Assembly (NCBI GenBank): GCA_965205015.1
Contig: OZ242029.1
Coordinates: 3,552,001 to 3,616,000, forward strand
DNA length: 64,000 bases
Reading direction: 5' to 3'
Origin: Candidatus Poribacteria bacterium
Lineage (GTDB): Bacteria > Poribacteria > WGA-4E > WGA-3G
In this document: positions 1 through 10,449 of the stretch, one piece after another
Layout: each line of letters begins with the position of its first letter
How positions within the stretch are numbered: the first letter of the stretch is position 1
Program-made: the position numbers and the translations under genes
Notes under the pieces: generated by a model
The model's input: only the letters and a program-made list of their open reading frames with translations
The model's database searches: none
What the model was told of the DNA's origin: nothing

Positions 1-905
1 AGCGTCGCCCGATCGGGTAGAGAGAGGGCTTCTACACCTGCCCCAAAGAATTCCACAAACTTATCAACGACTGCAGCGGCTCTGAGGCGTTGGGTTACAG
101 TCAACACCAAGTCTGTTGCGGTTACACCCTCACGAAGTTCGCCTTTCAGGTGAACGCCGAGGACTTCGGGGGTCAAAATATAAACGGGTTGCCCTAACAT
201 TGCGGCTTCCGCTTCTATGCCGCCGACCCCCCATCCAACGATACCTAAGCCGTTAATCATTGTGGTATGCGAGTCGGTGCCAACAACAGTGTCTGGATAG
301 GCGAGTGAATCTTCCGTCATAACCACTTTGGCGAGGTATTCCAGATTCACTTGATGCACAATACCGATAGAGGGTGGAATGATATTGAATTTTTCAAACG
401 CCTGTTGTCCCCATTTGAGGAACTCATAACGTTCTTTGTTGCGTTCAAACTCCCGTTGGGTGTTAAATTGAAATGCGTTTTCTGATCCGTAGGCATCGAC
501 TTGGATAGAGTGATCGATGACTAAATCGACAGGAACGAGGGGTTCTATCATGCCAGCATCACCGCCAAGTTCTGCCACCGCGGAACGCATCGCAGCAATA
601 TCAACAACGAGGGGAACACCTGTAAAGTCTTGCGCTACCACGCGCGCCGGTTTGAAAGGAATCTCCAAAGCTTTCGGAGAACGCGCGTCCCAATTTGCCA
701 AATTTACAATATCCTCTTCTGTAATTTGGTGTCCGTCGTAATTTCGCAGTAATGATTCGAGTAAGATACGGAGGCTAACAGGCAAGGTGGTTATTGAACC
801 GATGTCGACTTCTCCTAAGGCAGGGAGCGAATAATAAGTACACGCAAACCCATCGCCTTCAAGGGTTCGGTGTGTATTAAATAAATTGTGAGCAGGGTGG
901 GGCAT
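1..905 (-). CDS. acnA: Aconitate hydratase A, N-terminal part (runs off window start)
   Basis: Not in ORF track because truncated. Hand translation from ATG at 905 gives [15 protein letters not shown]...YYSLPAL...[18 protein letters not shown], later [55 protein letters not shown] just upstream. Confidence 0.95.
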   Translation of the reverse strand, partial: MPHPAHNLFNTHRTLEGDGFACTYYSLPALGEVDIGSITTLPVSLRILLESLLRNYDGHQITEEDIVNLANWDARSPKALEIPFKPARVVAQDFTGVPLVVDIAAMRSAVAELGGDAGMIEPLVPVDLVIDHSIQVDAYGSENAFQFNTQREFERNKERYEFLKWGQQAFEKFNIIPPSIGIVHQVNLEYLAKVVMTEDSLAYPDTVVGTDSHTTMINGLGIVGWGVGGIEAEAAMLGQPVYILTPEVLGVHLKGELREGVTATDLVLTVTQRLRAAAVVDKFVEFFGAGVEALSLPDRAT

Positions 906-1020
906 CTGCTAACTCCTTTATGTTGTAAATATTTTCTATAATTTTACCACAATTGAGGGCTATATTTCAATGGTTCTCCGTCAGCAATTAGCAAAAGGAG
1001 GTCCTTCACCAGAGAATTCT

Positions 1021-3342
1021 TTACCGATGATTAATCAGTTTCGTAATTTCATCGAGTTGCTGACGAGCATGGACAACGATAACGTTTTCAGGATACTCTG
1101 TAATCAACGTAGTATAAGTAGCAGCGGCGTTGGCGAAGTCGGCGTTTTGGCGGTATATCTCGGCGATATTTACGAGTGCCTTCGGGACGCTAAGGCTTTC
1201 CCGCGCAACGACTTGTTCGTATGCCTTGATTGCCTCAGTGGTTTTTGCATTTTTTCGGTAGATATCACCGATGAGCAGCCACACCGCATCGACGATAGTC
1301 GCTTGCGGATAGGTTTCAAGACTTCGTTCACACTGTTGTAGTGCTTCCGCAGTCTCTCCATTTAAATGGAGCTGTACAGCAGTGGCATAATCCGTGAGCG
1401 GAATTTTGAGGTAATCAGAATGATTCTGGATGAGGACAATCCGTTCAAGCGCATCGTTTGTGAGCTGGTCAGATCTTGAGATTCGGATGACTTCATTGTA
1501 TTCCTTCGTGGCTTGGTCGAAATCGGCAGAAAAGAAATAGGAATCGCCAATCAGTTTTCGGGCAACGGCACGGAAGAGGTGGGGACGGCTGGCAATAGGT
1601 TCAAGGACTTCTCTCGCAAGTGTATAGCGTTTCAGTAGGACATGACATTCTGCCAGACCCAGTTGCGCTTCTACCAATTGCGTTGTGAGCAAGCGTTGGG
1701 TGAGCAAAGTTTGGAAAGTTTTCTGGGCGATTTTCGGGGCGCGGATACCGTGGAGTTGCAGCTGCCCAAGTAACAATCTATTTTTGACGGAAGCCTCACG
1801 ATTGTGAACTAATTCTTCTAAGAGAGCGATGGCCTCGGTCCACTCCTCCATTTTTTGGTAGCGTGCTGCAAGCTTAGAACGGGCAGTCCTTATGCGTGTA
1901 CTGTCTGTAGAACCTGCTATCAATGTCTTATAGAAATCTATGGCGTGTGGGTTCTCCTTGCGTTCTAACATCCGTGCGTATGTTTCTAACGTCATGTCAG
2001 TGTGAATCGGATGGTTTCGGTGGAGGTGTGTAAACGTTTCGAGTGCTTGGGACACTTTTCCAGCATGGAAATAGAGTTCTCCCAAAGTCATGACGATGTT
2101 GGCGTTTTGTGGATTTTGTGCCCGTCGTTTCTCAAGTTGCGCAACGAGTTTATCACGGATGGGTTTGTAGAGATCGCCTTCATAAATTTCAAGCATAGCA
2201 CTCCAAATCGCTTCCCGTTGATTCCCTGTAAGCCCGACCTGTTGCAAAGCATCAATATAGACCTCGGCGGCTTGTTCAATTTGTCCTTGGATTTTATACG
2301 CTGCTGCCAATTGTGTGTAAAGGTAGCTATCTTTTGGACGTAAGCGTATGGCTTGCTGATATGCTGCGATGGCTTCCGGGTACATCTTATGGGAGAGATA
2401 GATCGCGCCGAGTTGCTTTTGTTGATCGACTTGGTTGACCTCCTCCTCGACCATTTTTTTCCATTCGGTCACGGCTTGTGTGGTTTTACCGGTTTCAGCA
2501 TAGAGCGCGCCCAATTTCCTGCGGAGTGTTGTGTTGTTGGGGTTCCGTTCAATCGCCTTGCGGTAGAGTTCAAGTGCTTTCGGATGGGCGTTTTGTTGTT
2601 GATAAAGTTCTGCCAATTGTTCTAATAGCGTCGTATCGTCAGGATAGTGTCGCATCCGTTCTTGAATCAATTTTTCAGCCGCTGCATAGCGTTGGTTCGT
2701 TATATAAAGTTGGATGAGGCTATTGACAGCACTGACGCGATAGGGTGAACTCGGAAAATTTTCAAGGAAATACTTGTAGCTATCTATTGCTTCTTCGGAT
2801 TTACCCTCTGTTTGCTGGTATTTTCCAAGGAGATAGGCAGCTGTGGCGGCAGCGGTTGTATTGGGATGCTGCTGAAGAATCTGCTTGCACTGCCTAATTG
2901 CCGCTGTGAACTGATAGCGCTGCCAGTAGAGGTTTCCCAACCGATGAACCGCTTGGGTCGCATAAGAACCGTTCGGATTTTCGTCAATAATTTCTTTGAA
3001 GACTCGCTGTGCTGCCGGATCCTCGCTGACCTTGGCGTAACTTTGTCCTAACATCAATCGGATTGAGTCCTTTTGACTCTGCCGGAGCGGGATATAAGTG
3101 CCATCCAGCCGAGGAATGCCGTTTTCAATCAACGCTTCATACGCTTTAATCGCTTCCGTATACCGTCTTTCGTGGTAATGGTCATGTGCGGCTTCTACTG
3201 GATCAGAGACAGGAGGCACGTTTGGAGTGGCCCCGGGAACTTGGATTTGGGCGGAAGTATATAAACTATTCCCAAGTGTCATAAGAAAGAATAAAAATAA
3301 AATAGAAAGAAAGATGACTCGTTGTCGCATTGTAGTGTCCAT
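1021..3342 (-). CDS. Exported/periplasmic tetratricopeptide-repeat protein (773 aa)
   Basis: Hydrophobic N-terminus, then many TPR-like helix pairs (e.g. AAYLLGKYQQTEGKSEEAIDSYKYFLENFP). Confidence 0.85.
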   Translation of the reverse strand: MDTTMRQRVIFLSILFLFFLMTLGNSLYTSAQIQVPGATPNVPPVSDPVEAAHDHYHERRYTEAIKAYEALIENGIPRLDGTYIPLRQSQKDSIRLMLGQSYAKVSEDPAAQRVFKEIIDENPNGSYATQAVHRLGNLYWQRYQFTAAIRQCKQILQQHPNTTAAATAAYLLGKYQQTEGKSEEAIDSYKYFLENFPSSPYRVSAVNSLIQLYITNQRYAAAEKLIQERMRHYPDDTTLLEQLAELYQQQNAHPKALELYRKAIERNPNNTTLRRKLGALYAETGKTTQAVTEWKKMVEEEVNQVDQQKQLGAIYLSHKMYPEAIAAYQQAIRLRPKDSYLYTQLAAAYKIQGQIEQAAEVYIDALQQVGLTGNQREAIWSAMLEIYEGDLYKPIRDKLVAQLEKRRAQNPQNANIVMTLGELYFHAGKVSQALETFTHLHRNHPIHTDMTLETYARMLERKENPHAIDFYKTLIAGSTDSTRIRTARSKLAARYQKMEEWTEAIALLEELVHNREASVKNRLLLGQLQLHGIRAPKIAQKTFQTLLTQRLLTTQLVEAQLGLAECHVLLKRYTLAREVLEPIASRPHLFRAVARKLIGDSYFFSADFDQATKEYNEVIRISRSDQLTNDALERIVLIQNHSDYLKIPLTDYATAVQLHLNGETAEALQQCERSLETYPQATIVDAVWLLIGDIYRKNAKTTEAIKAYEQVVARESLSVPKALVNIAEIYRQNADFANAAATYTTLITEYPENVIVVHARQQLDEITKLINHR

Positions 3343-3391
3343 TTTTATTGGGTGTTGTGTCTTAATCTGTAAGAACTGTGCTTGTGTAGTC

Positions 3392-6376
3392 TTATCTGAA
3401 TAGACACGTGTTAACTATCTCCTCAAGCGTTCGCGTTTCCATCTCTAATTTGAGTTGTTCAACTTTTTCACTGCCGAGTTCTGCCGCTAATGCATTGATA
3501 GCGTTATTCACTGCATCTGCATAAAACGATGTTGTCGCGTCTGTTTCCGCGTAGATTGACGCGACCTTAAGAAAGAGGGACAAACTCTGTTCAAATTCGC
3601 CTTCCGCGTGAGCTAACTGTCCGAATTGATAGAGCGAGTCTGCGATCTCACGGGGGGTTCCCTTCTCTTTGCGATATTCCAGACTTCCTGTATAGTAGTC
3701 CCTCGCTTCCTCGTGTTTACCGTGGCGCAGTGCTACCTTGCCCAGGCTATCCATTAGATAAGTAAACCCCACGTTGGAAGTAGAGAGGTCACGGGTGAGA
3801 CGTAGACTTTCTGTATAGTAGCGTTGCGCTTCCTCTCGTAGACCTTGCTGGTTCGCGGTTTTCCCGAGATTATTGAGGGCGCGAGCGATACCGAGTTTAT
3901 CTCCAAGTTCGCGAGCGATACGCAGACTTTCGGTATAATGCAGTTTCGCTGTTTCAAAATGGTGACGATTATATGCAGTGACTCCCAGATTGTTTAGTAT
4001 AAGAGCTGTCCGCCATTTGTCGCCTAATACTTTCGCTATTTCTAAGGCTTCGGTAAGGTGTGCATCTGCCTCTTTAAATTTTTTTTCATACCTTGCGATG
4101 ATGCCGAGACAATTTAACGCATTGGCGACACCGAGCTGCTGTCCTACCTTTCTGAAAACTTGTAAGGCGTTTTCGCATAATTGTCGAGCAATTTCACATT
4201 CCTGTTGTTCATTATAGAATGTTGCGAGAGCCACTCGAAGTTCCGCTATTGTCAGTTGGACTGACATTTCGTTCGCTTCAGGTGTGTCCTCTAATCCTTG
4301 ATGTTCGCCGAGTCGCTGGTGCAATTCCGCCTCTGCTTGTTTCAACCATCCCAAACCTTCAGTCCATAACCCGTGTATATAGAAAAATTTCCAGAGCGCA
4401 ACAGCAAGTTGCCCAAACAGGAACCATTCATTATTCTCCTGTGCAAACCCAAAAACAGCACGAAAATTATCGAGCTCAATCACCATCTCTGAGAGTGCAT
4501 CGTTCTGTTCAGGACCTTCTAACTTTCTGTCCTGTTCCTGCGCGAATGTGAGATAATAGTGTGCATGCGCCTCTCTGAATCCAGTGGGGTGTTTCTTCTC
4601 CCGAAGATACAATTGTAACGGAACAGGGAGGCGGTAGCGAGTTCGCGTCAGAGATTCTTCAGTGATGAGTAACGATTTATCGTGTAAATTAAAGATGAGG
4701 TCGATTGTTTCCGTATAGTGCGAATCCTGTTCGGCATCAACACATGCTGAATTACAGATAGTTTCTGCGGCTTCCAAGAAGAATCCACCTGAAAAAAGCG
4801 AGAGTTGACCAAGCAGACGTTGTTCCTCTGGCTCTAAAAGTTCGTAGGACCAGTCAATCACAGCATTAAGCGTCTGATGTCTCGCCGGCACGTCTCGATT
4901 GCTTGTCGACAGAAGTGTAGATGACTTACTTGATGGTGAGCTACCAAGTTGGACCTTTAAGCGAGCGAGGATGTTTTGTGGCGTCATAGCTCGGACGCGC
5001 GCCGCGGTAAGTTCGATCGCGAGGGAGAGCCCGTCAACTATACGGCAAATCGCGCCAATCGCTTCGGCATTGTCGGTCGTTAATTGAAAGTCGGGTGCGA
5101 CGGTTTCTGCTCGCGCTAAAAAGAGCTGGACGCTTTCAAATTCGCGAAGCGTTTCGAAGTCCACATCTTCAGCGGGAGTCGATAGCGGAGGTACCACGAA
5201 CCGCTGCTCACCTGCGACCTTTAATAGTTCCCGCGATGTAGTTAGACAACGTAACGTTGGACATCTGAGCAACAAGGTATTGACATCTTCGGATGCCTCC
5301 ATTAAGTGCTCAAAATTGTCCAGCACCAATAGAAGTGTTTTACCTAAAAGATGTGAAACGACCTGTTCCATGGCATCTTGTGCCGATTCCAATGGAAGAT
5401 CGAGAACCTTTGCGATTTCCGTAATGACGTGGGCAGGTTGTCTCAAATCCGCTAACGCGATGAACCATACACCATCAGGATAAGTGTCCAGAAGTTCTGT
5501 CGCAACCTGTAGACCGAGACGCGTTTTACCGATACCTCCAGGTCCAGTCAGTGTTACCAGTCGTGCCTGTCCGTCGGTGAAATACTCCACAATACGGCGG
5601 ACTTCGGTTTCTCTACCGATAAAACTATTCATAGGTGCTGGTAGGTTATTCGGCAAATTGTTGAGGGTTTTTAGGGGTGGGAACTCGGTTTGTAGTTCAG
5701 GAATAGGGTGGGAGTCTGCAGAGTGCCGATCCTGTGCTGTGTCTCCTTGTGCCGCCTTGCTGAAGACTTCTTGCCACCTTTCTTCACCAGTGATTTTTAA
5801 AATAGAAGCCCGCGGTGCAAGGAATTGAAAAATTGCTTCAGGATGTTGAATGTTTTTCAAGCGATGTTCGCCGAGTGCCGCAAAGCTGCCGGGTGGAAAT
5901 TGCGTTTTCACGAGGGCGTGCGTCACAGTGGAAAGTAGGATCTGTCCACCGTGTCCGGCATCCGTAATTCGTTTGGCAAGATTCGCAGGCATCCCGTGAT
6001 ATTCGTCATCCAATAGAATCATATCACCTGTGTGAATACCGATACGGACGCGTAACGTCTCAATGTTTTCATGCCACTTATAGGCATTGAGTCCTAACTG
6101 TATCTCAAGTGCGCACATAAGGGCTGCACTTGCCGTAGGAAAAACAAAGAAAAAAGCGTCACCTTCATTTCCGATCTCTGTACCACCCCACGCCGAATTT
6201 GCAGCCCGCAAAATCGTGTTGTGGGTATTGATAACCTCCGCCATAACCTCATTGCTGTGCTTCTCCCAAAGTAGTGTTGAACCTTCGATATCAGTAAACA
6301 TCAAGGTGAGGGTGCCGACCGGCAAATGTGGCTGTGGATTGTGTGTTGACACAGGATTATCCTTTTTCAATGCCAT
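3392..6376 (-). CDS. Class III nucleotide cyclase + STAND (NB-ARC-like) ATPase + TPR protein (994 aa)
   Basis: LMFTDIEGST, EGDAF, RVRIGIHTG, NLAKRI cyclase motifs; Walker A GPGGIGKT; Walker B LLVLDNFEH; C-terminal TPRs (ALNNLG repeats). Confidence 0.9.
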   Translation of the reverse strand: MALKKDNPVSTHNPQPHLPVGTLTLMFTDIEGSTLLWEKHSNEVMAEVINTHNTILRAANSAWGGTEIGNEGDAFFFVFPTASAALMCALEIQLGLNAYKWHENIETLRVRIGIHTGDMILLDDEYHGMPANLAKRITDAGHGGQILLSTVTHALVKTQFPPGSFAALGEHRLKNIQHPEAIFQFLAPRASILKITGEERWQEVFSKAAQGDTAQDRHSADSHPIPELQTEFPPLKTLNNLPNNLPAPMNSFIGRETEVRRIVEYFTDGQARLVTLTGPGGIGKTRLGLQVATELLDTYPDGVWFIALADLRQPAHVITEIAKVLDLPLESAQDAMEQVVSHLLGKTLLLVLDNFEHLMEASEDVNTLLLRCPTLRCLTTSRELLKVAGEQRFVVPPLSTPAEDVDFETLREFESVQLFLARAETVAPDFQLTTDNAEAIGAICRIVDGLSLAIELTAARVRAMTPQNILARLKVQLGSSPSSKSSTLLSTSNRDVPARHQTLNAVIDWSYELLEPEEQRLLGQLSLFSGGFFLEAAETICNSACVDAEQDSHYTETIDLIFNLHDKSLLITEESLTRTRYRLPVPLQLYLREKKHPTGFREAHAHYYLTFAQEQDRKLEGPEQNDALSEMVIELDNFRAVFGFAQENNEWFLFGQLAVALWKFFYIHGLWTEGLGWLKQAEAELHQRLGEHQGLEDTPEANEMSVQLTIAELRVALATFYNEQQECEIARQLCENALQVFRKVGQQLGVANALNCLGIIARYEKKFKEADAHLTEALEIAKVLGDKWRTALILNNLGVTAYNRHHFETAKLHYTESLRIARELGDKLGIARALNNLGKTANQQGLREEAQRYYTESLRLTRDLSTSNVGFTYLMDSLGKVALRHGKHEEARDYYTGSLEYRKEKGTPREIADSLYQFGQLAHAEGEFEQSLSLFLKVASIYAETDATTSFYADAVNNAINALAAELGSEKVEQLKLEMETRTLEEIVNTCLFR

Positions 6377-6405
6377 TGTTCGAGATTCCCATAAGACGCC
6401 GAGTA

Positions 6406-7602
6406 TTAGCGCATCGCGAGATTTGTGAGCAATGCCATGCCGTAAATCATACTATTTTCGTCAATGTCGAACTGTGGGTGGTGACACATATTCACAATGC
6501 CTTTTTCTTCGTTCCCTGCGCCTACCATCACGAAGCACGCTGGAATTTTTTGTGAATAGTATCCGAAATCTTCACCCCCAAGTATCGGAGACATTGGAAA
6601 TATGAGATTGTCCTCACCAACCAACCCGCCTGCTGTGGAGATAACTGTGTTGACACACGGTTCGTGGTTGTAGGTTACCGGGTACCCTTCTTGATAATCG
6701 AATGTATAAATTGCGTCGTGTGCATCTGCGAATCCAGCGAGGAGGCTCTCTAATTGTTCTCGGACGCGTGTCTGTACCGCTTTTTGGAGTGTGCGGACTG
6801 TTCCACCGATCAGGGCTTTCGGAGGAATAACGTTAAGTGCAGCACCCGTGAGCCCGTTTTGCAAGTTTGCGTCCCCTCCATGGAATTGTGTGACGCTGAT
6901 TACTGCTGAGTCCAGTGGATTCACGTTTCTCGAAATGATAGACTGGAGTGCCGTCACAAACTGTGCGCTTATCACAATCGGATCGACAGTGAGGTGCGGG
7001 AACGCCGCATGTCCGCCTCTGCCTGTGAGTGTGATGTGAAACGTATCAGACTGTGCGAGCATTGGACCGGGGCACGTCGCGTATTCTCCAACAGCGAAGA
7101 GTGGAAAGACGTGTATCCCGTAGATTTCATCTACGTCTTCCAACGCACCATCTGCGATCATCGCGGGTGCGCCGCCCGGTAATGCCTCTTCGCTCGGTTG
7201 AAAGATAAATCTAACGTGTGTTTTGAGGCTGCTTCGGAGCTCTGAAAGGATTCGGGCTGTGCCGATGAGCATCGCCGTGTGTGCATCGTGTCCACAGAGG
7301 TGTGCTTTTCCATCAATCTTAGATTTAAAGGGAACATCGGTGAGTTCTTGGATCGGGAGTGCGTCCATATCTGCGCGTAAGGCTATCCGTTTGGTTGCTC
7401 CCGGCACTTCCAAATCCCCGACAACGCCTGTTCTACCGATTCCTGTTTTAACGGGAATTTCGAGTGCTTGCAGGGCATCAGCGGCGATACCTGCTGTGCG
7501 GTGTACATCAAACCCCAATTCAGGATACTGATGGATGTCCCGTCGGATGGCAACGATGCCATTAAAATGTTGGCGACATTGTTCAAAAATTTGATCTTTC
7601 AT
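6406..7602 (-). CDS. M20D-family amidohydrolase
   Basis: RRDIHQYPELG, ALRADMDALP, HLCGHDAH, FQPSEE, GGEDF, HHPQF motifs. Confidence 0.93.
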   Translation of the reverse strand: MKDQIFEQCRQHFNGIVAIRRDIHQYPELGFDVHRTAGIAADALQALEIPVKTGIGRTGVVGDLEVPGATKRIALRADMDALPIQELTDVPFKSKIDGKAHLCGHDAHTAMLIGTARILSELRSSLKTHVRFIFQPSEEALPGGAPAMIADGALEDVDEIYGIHVFPLFAVGEYATCPGPMLAQSDTFHITLTGRGGHAAFPHLTVDPIVISAQFVTALQSIISRNVNPLDSAVISVTQFHGGDANLQNGLTGAALNVIPPKALIGGTVRTLQKAVQTRVREQLESLLAGFADAHDAIYTFDYQEGYPVTYNHEPCVNTVISTAGGLVGEDNLIFPMSPILGGEDFGYYSQKIPACFVMVGAGNEEKGIVNMCHHPQFDIDENSMIYGMALLTNLAMR

Positions 7603-7603
7603 A

Positions 7604-7684
7604 TTTTTAATTTACCTTGCGGGAGAACAACGTGGTTTTAGACTTTGACGCGTATTTCTTAAGGATCGCTTTCCACTTCGTTAA
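7604..7684. repeat. Dispersed repeat (TAATTT..CCTTGCG family) abutting the amidohydrolase start codon
   Basis: Aligns by eye with 44546-44630 (taattt.ccttgcg.gaga.acaacgtg...actttga...cgct.tccacttcgtta). Confidence 0.7.
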
Positions 7685-7698
7685 TGACTCATGTAAAG

Positions 7699-9270
7699 TT
7701 AGAAGGTGAGTGTCCGACGCAGAATACTTTGATGTCCGTGTTCATTCTCAAGTCGATAGATGATCGTATAAATCCCTGGCATCGTTTGAAAGACCCTGTT
7801 ATCCAGTTCGGGTCTCAATTCTACCTCAGTTGAACCATCATCCGGGATGATCTTTTTTTGGGTGAATGGACCGTAACACCTTTCTCCTAAAGGATTAAGG
7901 ACTTTCCATGTCAAGGTGAGTTGCTTAGGACGTGGAGGGTTATTGATATAGATGGTAATTTTATCGTCCATCTGCCCGTTTTCAAGGTTCAGGGTTCCCA
8001 ATTTGGAAAACAACTTCACTGTCAAGGTGAGTGGCGGCACATATTCCAAATAGCCTCTACCGGGTATGGCGCGCCAGGTACCACCTGTCGCGAGTGCGAT
8101 CTGCCGGATCGGTAAATAATCAATCCCGATGACATCGACACGCACTTGTGCGTTTTGTAGGGTTTCAATAACCTGATCCAAACTGTAAGCAGATTTTCCA
8201 TCGTAGTCAGCATCATGAAAAGCCCCATCACTCGCGAGCACAATGAACCGTTGTGCGTCTTTCCGGAATTTGGTTTCTGTTACCGCGGTCATAAGTCCGT
8301 CTAAACCGGCTTCTGCGATATCTCCACCACCGTCAACCCCTATTTTAAAGAGCCAGTTTTTGAAGGTTCCAAGATCGTCGGTGCGTCCATATTTTCTCGT
8401 TTCGTCCGTGAAAGTCACCAGTCCAAAAGTAGCATCATGTCCTTCTCGCTTGAACGCTTCAAATAGAAAATCGACATAGGCACGAATACCGCGGATGTTG
8501 TCTATCATACTTGCCGTTTCATCAAGAACAAAAACAACATCAACTTTTTTCGTCACGCTTGCTTCAGCAAGCGTTCGGGCAACGTCTTTCATCATATAGA
8601 CGAAAACGCCCCCTACATTGGCACTCCCAGAAGTGCCGCCGCCTCCCCAAGAGTTGCCCATACCGGTCGCTCGGAGTGCGTCCCCACGTTCACTGCCGTA
8701 GTGAATCTTCGGTGCGTCAACAGTTGGTGAGGTGCCACCTAATAAGGTATCATCGGTATTTAAAGAGACCGGTTTGGTTTCTCCTTGTGGTGCTACGTAG
8801 TCTGTTTCTGGTGTGGAGGGCAAGGTAACCGTTGGTTGATTGAGGGATTTTACCGCCAATCGGCTTTCAGGGGCATAGCCGGTTGGTTTCCCGACGACGG
8901 GATTCAATTGTGATAACCCATCTCCGATCTGTCGCGCTCGATTTGCGTTTTCTTGTCTACGTGTTTCAGGATTTGAAACTTCTGGTACGTCTTGCGTTTG
9001 CGATTGCCACGCTGCGCTGAGACCTGCTTTCGGTTTCGGTGGGGGTTTGGGTTTCTCTTTTTCGACGACAACGGGTGCCGCAGGTTCAATAACGGGTAAT
9101 TGTCTAATTGGGAGTGGGGGTCGTTCAACGTGGGTTATCGCAGCTTCTATCTCGTCAATGAACGGCAGCACAGGAACGTGTTGGGGAGCCATCCACCACA
9201 TTATGAGTAGCAGTGTGACGTGGGTGCTGAGTGAGTATATTAGGTATAAGGGTGTTCTTCTATTTCTCAT
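7699..9270 (-). CDS. Membrane-anchored vWA-domain protein with TonB-like anchor and Pro-rich linker
   Basis: N-terminal TM containing SLSTH; EKEKPKPPPKPK linker; MIDAS-like DETAS, GGGDIAE, LASDGAFH. Confidence 0.82.
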   Translation of the reverse strand: MRNRRTPLYLIYSLSTHVTLLLIMWWMAPQHVPVLPFIDEIEAAITHVERPPLPIRQLPVIEPAAPVVVEKEKPKPPPKPKAGLSAAWQSQTQDVPEVSNPETRRQENANRARQIGDGLSQLNPVVGKPTGYAPESRLAVKSLNQPTVTLPSTPETDYVAPQGETKPVSLNTDDTLLGGTSPTVDAPKIHYGSERGDALRATGMGNSWGGGGTSGSANVGGVFVYMMKDVARTLAEASVTKKVDVVFVLDETASMIDNIRGIRAYVDFLFEAFKREGHDATFGLVTFTDETRKYGRTDDLGTFKNWLFKIGVDGGGDIAEAGLDGLMTAVTETKFRKDAQRFIVLASDGAFHDADYDGKSAYSLDQVIETLQNAQVRVDVIGIDYLPIRQIALATGGTWRAIPGRGYLEYVPPLTLTVKLFSKLGTLNLENGQMDDKITIYINNPPRPKQLTLTWKVLNPLGERCYGPFTQKKIIPDDGSTEVELRPELDNRVFQTMPGIYTIIYRLENEHGHQSILRRTLTF

Positions 9271-9323
9271 TGCATCAACCTATGGCTTGTCTCCAGCAGT
9301 CTATGTGCTTAGGAAAACTAAAA

Positions 9324-10277
9324 CTATAGATGAAACTCAACCACATCCCCATCATAAATGACATCATTGCGACTAACGGATTGTCCATCGTGCCAGTGGG
9401 GTCCCCATATCCGTGCGAACCTGAATTCGGCAAAATCTTTGTGTAGTTCCATAGCAGCTTCCAGCACGGTTGCGCCTGTAGGGAGAACGATGGGATCATC
9501 ACGTTCTATGGCTTTACCGGGTGCCTTCGGATAAATACGCAAGATGTCTAATTCCGTGTAGATTGCTTGCGATAAACGCTCTTTACCCGCACCGGTTTCA
9601 GCAGAAATCGGATGGATTTGAAACATATTCTCATAGAATTCTTTGAGAATTTCCAGCCGTTCTTCTGCGCCTATGGTGTCGAGTTGATTGGCGACGACGA
9701 GAGGTCCACTCTCCGAGGTCTCACGGTCTGCCTCCTTAAGAAACGCTACCACCGTATCAAGGTCATCCAATAGATTATCGCTCGCGAGACTTACAATCGG
9801 CAGAACGAGGTCAGCGTTGCGAGTGAGCGTTAGAACTGTTGATGAAATGAAGTCCGGCAGAATAGAAGGTGTATCAATGAGTTGGAATTGGATGTTCTCG
9901 TAGCGTAGCATTCCGATTGTTGGCAGGGTCGTCGTATAGGGCGTTGGCGACACCTCTGGTTTGGCGTTCGTAAAGTTTGATAGAATTTGTGATTTGCCAC
10001 CGTTCGGTGGTCCTATCAAAACGATCTGCCCGGCTCCCTGCTTTGGAATGTGTTCACTGTGACTTCTTCTACTGGCTCCCTTGCCTCCTTTTTCTGAGGG
10101 GCCTCTTTTGTAACTGGCAATGCGGCGACGGAGGTCGGAAACCACCTTCTCTGAACCTTTATGCTTCGGAATGATGCGTAACATTTCCTCTAAGAGGCTC
10201 AATCGTTCTTCATCTGTTTTGGCAGCTTCATGCTGGTGCTTGAGTTTATAGTAGGTCGGGGGTAGATTTGCTGGCAT
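9324..10277 (-). CDS. OBG/DRG-like GTPase with C-terminal TGS domain
   Basis: Probable start MPANLPP (ATG 10277); IPKHKGSEK; G1 GPPNGGKS; G2 PYTT; G3 DTPS; G4 NQLD; TGS-like C-terminus (DGDVVEFH). Confidence 0.88.
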   Translation of the reverse strand: MPANLPPTYYKLKHQHEAAKTDEERLSLLEEMLRIIPKHKGSEKVVSDLRRRIASYKRGPSEKGGKGASRRSHSEHIPKQGAGQIVLIGPPNGGKSQILSNFTNAKPEVSPTPYTTTLPTIGMLRYENIQFQLIDTPSILPDFISSTVLTLTRNADLVLPIVSLASDNLLDDLDTVVAFLKEADRETSESGPLVVANQLDTIGAEERLEILKEFYENMFQIHPISAETGAGKERLSQAIYTELDILRIYPKAPGKAIERDDPIVLPTGATVLEAAMELHKDFAEFRFARIWGPHWHDGQSVSRNDVIYDGDVVEFHL

Positions 10278-10449
10278 GTGTGTCCACTTCCATCCTTGCG
10301 CGTACGGATTCAGCAGAATCGCGAGCACGCGGAAACACCCTATCAAAAACACTCGCTCCTACAAGCAGAGCATCAGTTATTTACAATCACGGCAGAATCT
10401 GTTATAATGTAAAGCAATTCTGTAAATAGGATACCTAATTTTCGTTCTT

